Source of the DNA: Entomortierella parvispora E1425
Lineage: Eukaryota; Fungi; Mortierellomycota
NCBI GenBank assembly: GCA_020891255.1
Contig: BQFW01000008.1
Coordinates: 1,736,001-1,800,000, forward strand
Direction: 5' to 3'
Length of the DNA stretch: 64,000 nucleotides
A program made the translations under genes and the position numbers. Shown piece by piece: positions 60,406 through 64,000 of this stretch. The notes under the pieces were generated by a model. That model saw only the letters and a program-made list of their open reading frames with translations. It ran no database searches and was not told the origin of the DNA. Positions within the stretch are counted from its first letter, which is position 1. Each line of letters opens with the position of its first letter.

Positions 60406-60552
60406 CTTTCACAGGAAGGAAACATAAACAAAAAAACTTCTTTTTCCCCTCTCTCTTTTTTTTTTTTCTCTCTTTTTCTTTTCAGTCCATCTCATCACTC
60501 CATTCTCCATCCCCTCCCCTCCCCCCCATCCCACAACCCTCCCCACCTCAGC

Positions 60553-63500
60553 ATGTTGGTCCTCCCCGGAACTCAGGCCCTGTCGTCTTTCAAGGCCCAT
60601 GCCCTCTTGAACCAGGTCCAGACCGCCGTCCCCGCGGTCCAGTCCGTTGCTACCCGCGCCGTCCACTTTGTACAGCCTAACGCAGATCTGGACCAGGCCT
60701 CGCTCCAGGAGTTCCTCACCTCGGACTCGACCCCGGAGAGAACAATCCTCAAGACCATGTTTGCCTCTCCCTCGTCCGCAGATGCCCATGCTCAGGTGAG
60801 TCTTCACGTTTACTTCAAAAAAAAAGGACAAACAAAAAAGACCGAGCGTGTGCCTTTTCCTTGTCTTTCTTGTTTTTCAACTGACAATGTCCTTTTGATG
60901 CTGTCCTTAGTCGGATGAAGATTTGATCCAGTTGTTATCCGCCCCCTCCTCGACGGCGACCAAGGAGGGATTCAACTTTTTCATTGTCTTGCCTCGCGTC
61001 GGAACCATCTCCCCCTGGTCCTCCAAGGCCACGAATATCGCCCAGATGTGCAACCTGGATCGCCATGTGAAAAGAGTGGAGAGAGGCCAGGCCTACCTGA
61101 TCAGGACCAAGGATGGAAAGCCTTTGACTGAACAAGAGTTCAAGGCCATTGCTGCCTTGGTTCATGACCGCATGACCCAGGATGTTCTGAACTACATCCC
61201 TCACGATAATGTCATCTTCAAGGTAAATCACTTTTCTATGCAGTTGCAACAGACAGATCGGGAATGAAGTGAATCATGCACTTTGAGGCTTGATAAGAGG
61301 GATGGACAAGAGCAGACCAGATGAGGAGACTGGTACCGTGGGAATAGCGTATCGATACTCAACATTCAATCTCCATCTTTCTTTATTCGGAATCAACAGC
61401 AAGGCACACCAGCCCCCTTGACGACCGTGCAATTGATGGGAAGCAGCTCAGAGCGTAACCCCAAGGAGGCACGCGAGAGATTGGTCCTGGCTAACAAGGA
61501 GCTGGGACTTGCCCTTGCAGAAGATGAGATCGATTACTTGGTTGCTGCTTTCATTGGCAGCAGCAAACTCAGCTCGGACAGCTGTCTCGCCAGAAACCCT
61601 ACGGATGTTGAGCTTTTCATGTTTGCCCAGGTCAACTCTGAGCACTGTCGCCACAAGATCTTTGGCGCTGACTGGACCATCGATGGCGAGAAGAAGCCCA
61701 ACTCGCTCTTTGGAATGATCAAGAACACCCATCAACTCCACCCTCAGTACACCCTCTCTGCTTACTCTGACAACGCCGCTGTCCTCCAAGGACCCAAGGG
61801 AACTCGATTCGCCCCCTTGGCCAGCGATAACTATGCTTACAACCTCTTTGAGGAGGATGTCCACACTGTCGTCAAGGTTGAGACCCACAACCACCCCACT
61901 GCCGTCTCACCCTTCCCCGGTGCTGCTACAGGATCTGGAGGAGAAATTCGTGATGAGGGTGCCACTGGTATCGGCTCCAAGCCCAAGGCTGGTTTGACGG
62001 GCTTTACCGTCTCCAACTTGTTGATTCCTGGCCATGTTCAGCCTTGGGAGATGGATTGCGGAAAGCCCTCGCACGTTGCTTCGGCCCTTGACATCATGAT
62101 CCAGGGACCTCTTGGAGGAGCTGCCTTCAACAACGAGTTTGGACGTCCCGCTATTACCGGTTACTTCCGCACATTCCTCGAGTCTGTTCCCACCGTTGAT
62201 GGAAAGGACGAGATCCGTGGATTCCACAAGCCCATTATGCTGGCTGGAGGTTTGGGAACAATCCGCCCTCAGCATGTCCACAAGAATAAGATCCAGCCCG
62301 GCGCTCACTTGGTTGTGCTCGGTGGACCCTGCATGTTGATCGGATTGGGAGGAGGAGCTGCCAGTTCGATGACCTCTGGAGAGTCTTCGGCCGCTTTGGA
62401 CTTTGCCTCTGTTCAGCGTGAGAACCCCGAGATGCAGCGCCGCTGCCAGCAGGTCATTGATTCGTGCACTGCCCTTGGCGACAAGAACCCTGTTCAGTCC
62501 ATTCACGATGTCGGTGCTGGAGGACTTTGCAATGCCCTCCCAGAGATTGTTCACGACTGCAACCTTGGTGCCGTGATTGAGCTTCGCAACATCAACAACG
62601 ACGATCCCAGCATGTCCCCCATGGAGATTTGGTGCAATGAGTCCCAGGAACGTTATGTCCTTGCTATCGGGCCCGAGAACATTGAGACCTTCAAGGCCAT
62701 CTGCGAGCGTGAGCGATGCCCTTACGCCTTGGCTGGTCTTGCCACTGCAGAGGAGAAGTTGGTCTTGAACGACAGCCTCCTTGGCACCACCCCCATTGAT
62801 CTCCCTATGTCGACCCTCTTTGGAAAGCCCCCCAAGATGTCTCGCACCACCACTACTGTCATTCCCACCCGCCACGCTTTCGACAGCAGCTTGAAGTCCT
62901 ACTTGCCTTCCCTGTCCCAGGCCTCCGAGCTTGTCACAGACGCCGCTCATCGTGTCTTGAGACTTCCTGCCGTCGCCTCCAAGTCCTTCTTGATCACTAT
63001 TGGTGATCGTACCGTTACCGGCTTGGTCGCTCGCGACCAGTTTGTTGGACCCTGGCAGGTTCCTGTTGCCGATGTTGCCGTGACTGCTACCTCCCTCGGC
63101 GTCTCTGTTGGAGAGGCTATGGCTATGGGTGAACGTCCCCCTATTGCTTTGATCTCTGCTGCTGCCTCTGCCCGTATGGCAGTCGGTGAGTGCATCACCA
63201 ACATGGCTGCTGCCAACATTCCCTCGTTGGACCAGATCCGCATGTCTGCCAACTGGATGGCAGCTCCTGATCACCAGGGTGAAGGTGCTCGTCTTTACGA
63301 GGCCGTCCAGGCCATCGGTTTGGACCTTTGCCCCGCTTTGGGCATCAGTATCCCTGTCGGCAAGGACTCAATGTCGATGAAGATGAAGTGGAACCAGGAT
63401 GGCCAGCAGGTCGAGGTGACCGCTCCTTTGGCTTTGAACATTACTGGATTCGGTCCCGTCGCTGATGTTCACAAGACTCTCACCCCCGAGCTTATCACGG

Positions 63501-64000
63501 ATGCTGACAACACTGTCTTGGTCCTGATCGACCTTGCTAATGGAAAGGAGCGTCTCGGAGGATCAGCCATTGCTCAGGTTTACAAGCAGATCGGAAGCGA
63601 GGTTCCTGATGTGGAGAGTGCCGAGACTCTCAAGGCTTTCTTCAAGGCCATCCAGGCTGTTCGCCAGCACGACGATCTCGTCCTTGCTTACCACGATCGT
63701 TCGGACGGTGGTCTTTTTGCCACTGTTGCCGAGATGTGCTTTGCTGGACATGTTGGTGCCAAGATTGATGTCTCAACCATCACTCAGGATGCCGTCGCTG
63801 GTCTTTTCAACGAAGAGTTGGGAGCAGTTGTTCAGGTCCGTGAGAACCAGGTTGAGCAGTTGAAGGCCGTTTTTGCCGAGAACGGATTCCCTGCCGAGTG
63901 TTTGAAGATTGTCGGAACTGTCAATGCCAAGGGTGACGATTCGATCGTGATTTCCCACCAGGGTATCCAGGTCTTGAACTCGACCCGTGTCGAGCTTCAG
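60553..64000 (+). CDS. ADE6: Phosphoribosylformylglycinamidine synthase (large PurL type), truncated by the window end
   Basis: [102 protein letters not shown]; introns at about 60796-60910 and 61222-61398. Confidence 0.97.

Noticed and set aside
61907-63274. 455-aa antisense ORF inside ADE6 (similarly 23766-24803 in PTR2, 34646-35170 in DOHH, and antisense ORFs in the PP1 genes)
   Set aside because: These are shadow ORFs: highly biased sense genes avoid TTA/CTA/TCA codons, leaving the opposite strand stop-free, and the translations have no recognisable motifs
1-64000. Mobile elements, CRISPR arrays, rRNA, telomeric repeats, selenocysteine or readthrough signals
   Set aside because: No transposase, RT or integrase motifs, no TIR/LTR pairs or spaced direct repeats, no rRNA-like sequence; in-frame stops occur only in the frameshifted pseudogene

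Overview
Eukaryotic, intron-rich, gene-dense fungal DNA of about 50% GC with many poly(A/T) tracts and microsatellites. The gene content (a dihydropteridine reductase, a TKL-type kinase family member, a plant/animal-like NDUFB2) and the intron style suggest an early-diverging fungus, most likely Mortierellaceae (inference). I reconstructed 21 spliced or single-exon genes plus one decayed pseudogene. In order they are BUD20, NDUFB2, SNF2/STH1, a hidden 7-exon conserved unknown gene, PEX12, prefoldin-2, a UBL-BAG protein, a multi-KH RNA-binding protein, PTR2, a FANCC-like gene, a pseudokinase-ankyrin protein, DOHH, a 5'-nucleotidase pseudogene, a myristoylated SAM methyltransferase, a HARE-HTH+SET protein, an orphan gene, a membrane-anchored BAG protein, mitochondrial ValRS, two tandem PP1 catalytic genes, QDPR and a truncated ADE6. 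The best leads are: (1) an apparent fungal homologue of Fanconi anaemia core-complex subunit FANCC; (2) a HARE-HTH winged-helix + SET fusion; (3) tandem PP1 paralogues with reciprocal specialisation (CDK site versus toxin-groove substitutions) and a gene-conversion tract; (4) a pseudokinase-ankyrin protein lacking all three catalytic residues. No rRNA, tRNA, CRISPR array or recognisable mobile element was found. All homology calls rest on motif recognition from memory, not on database searches.
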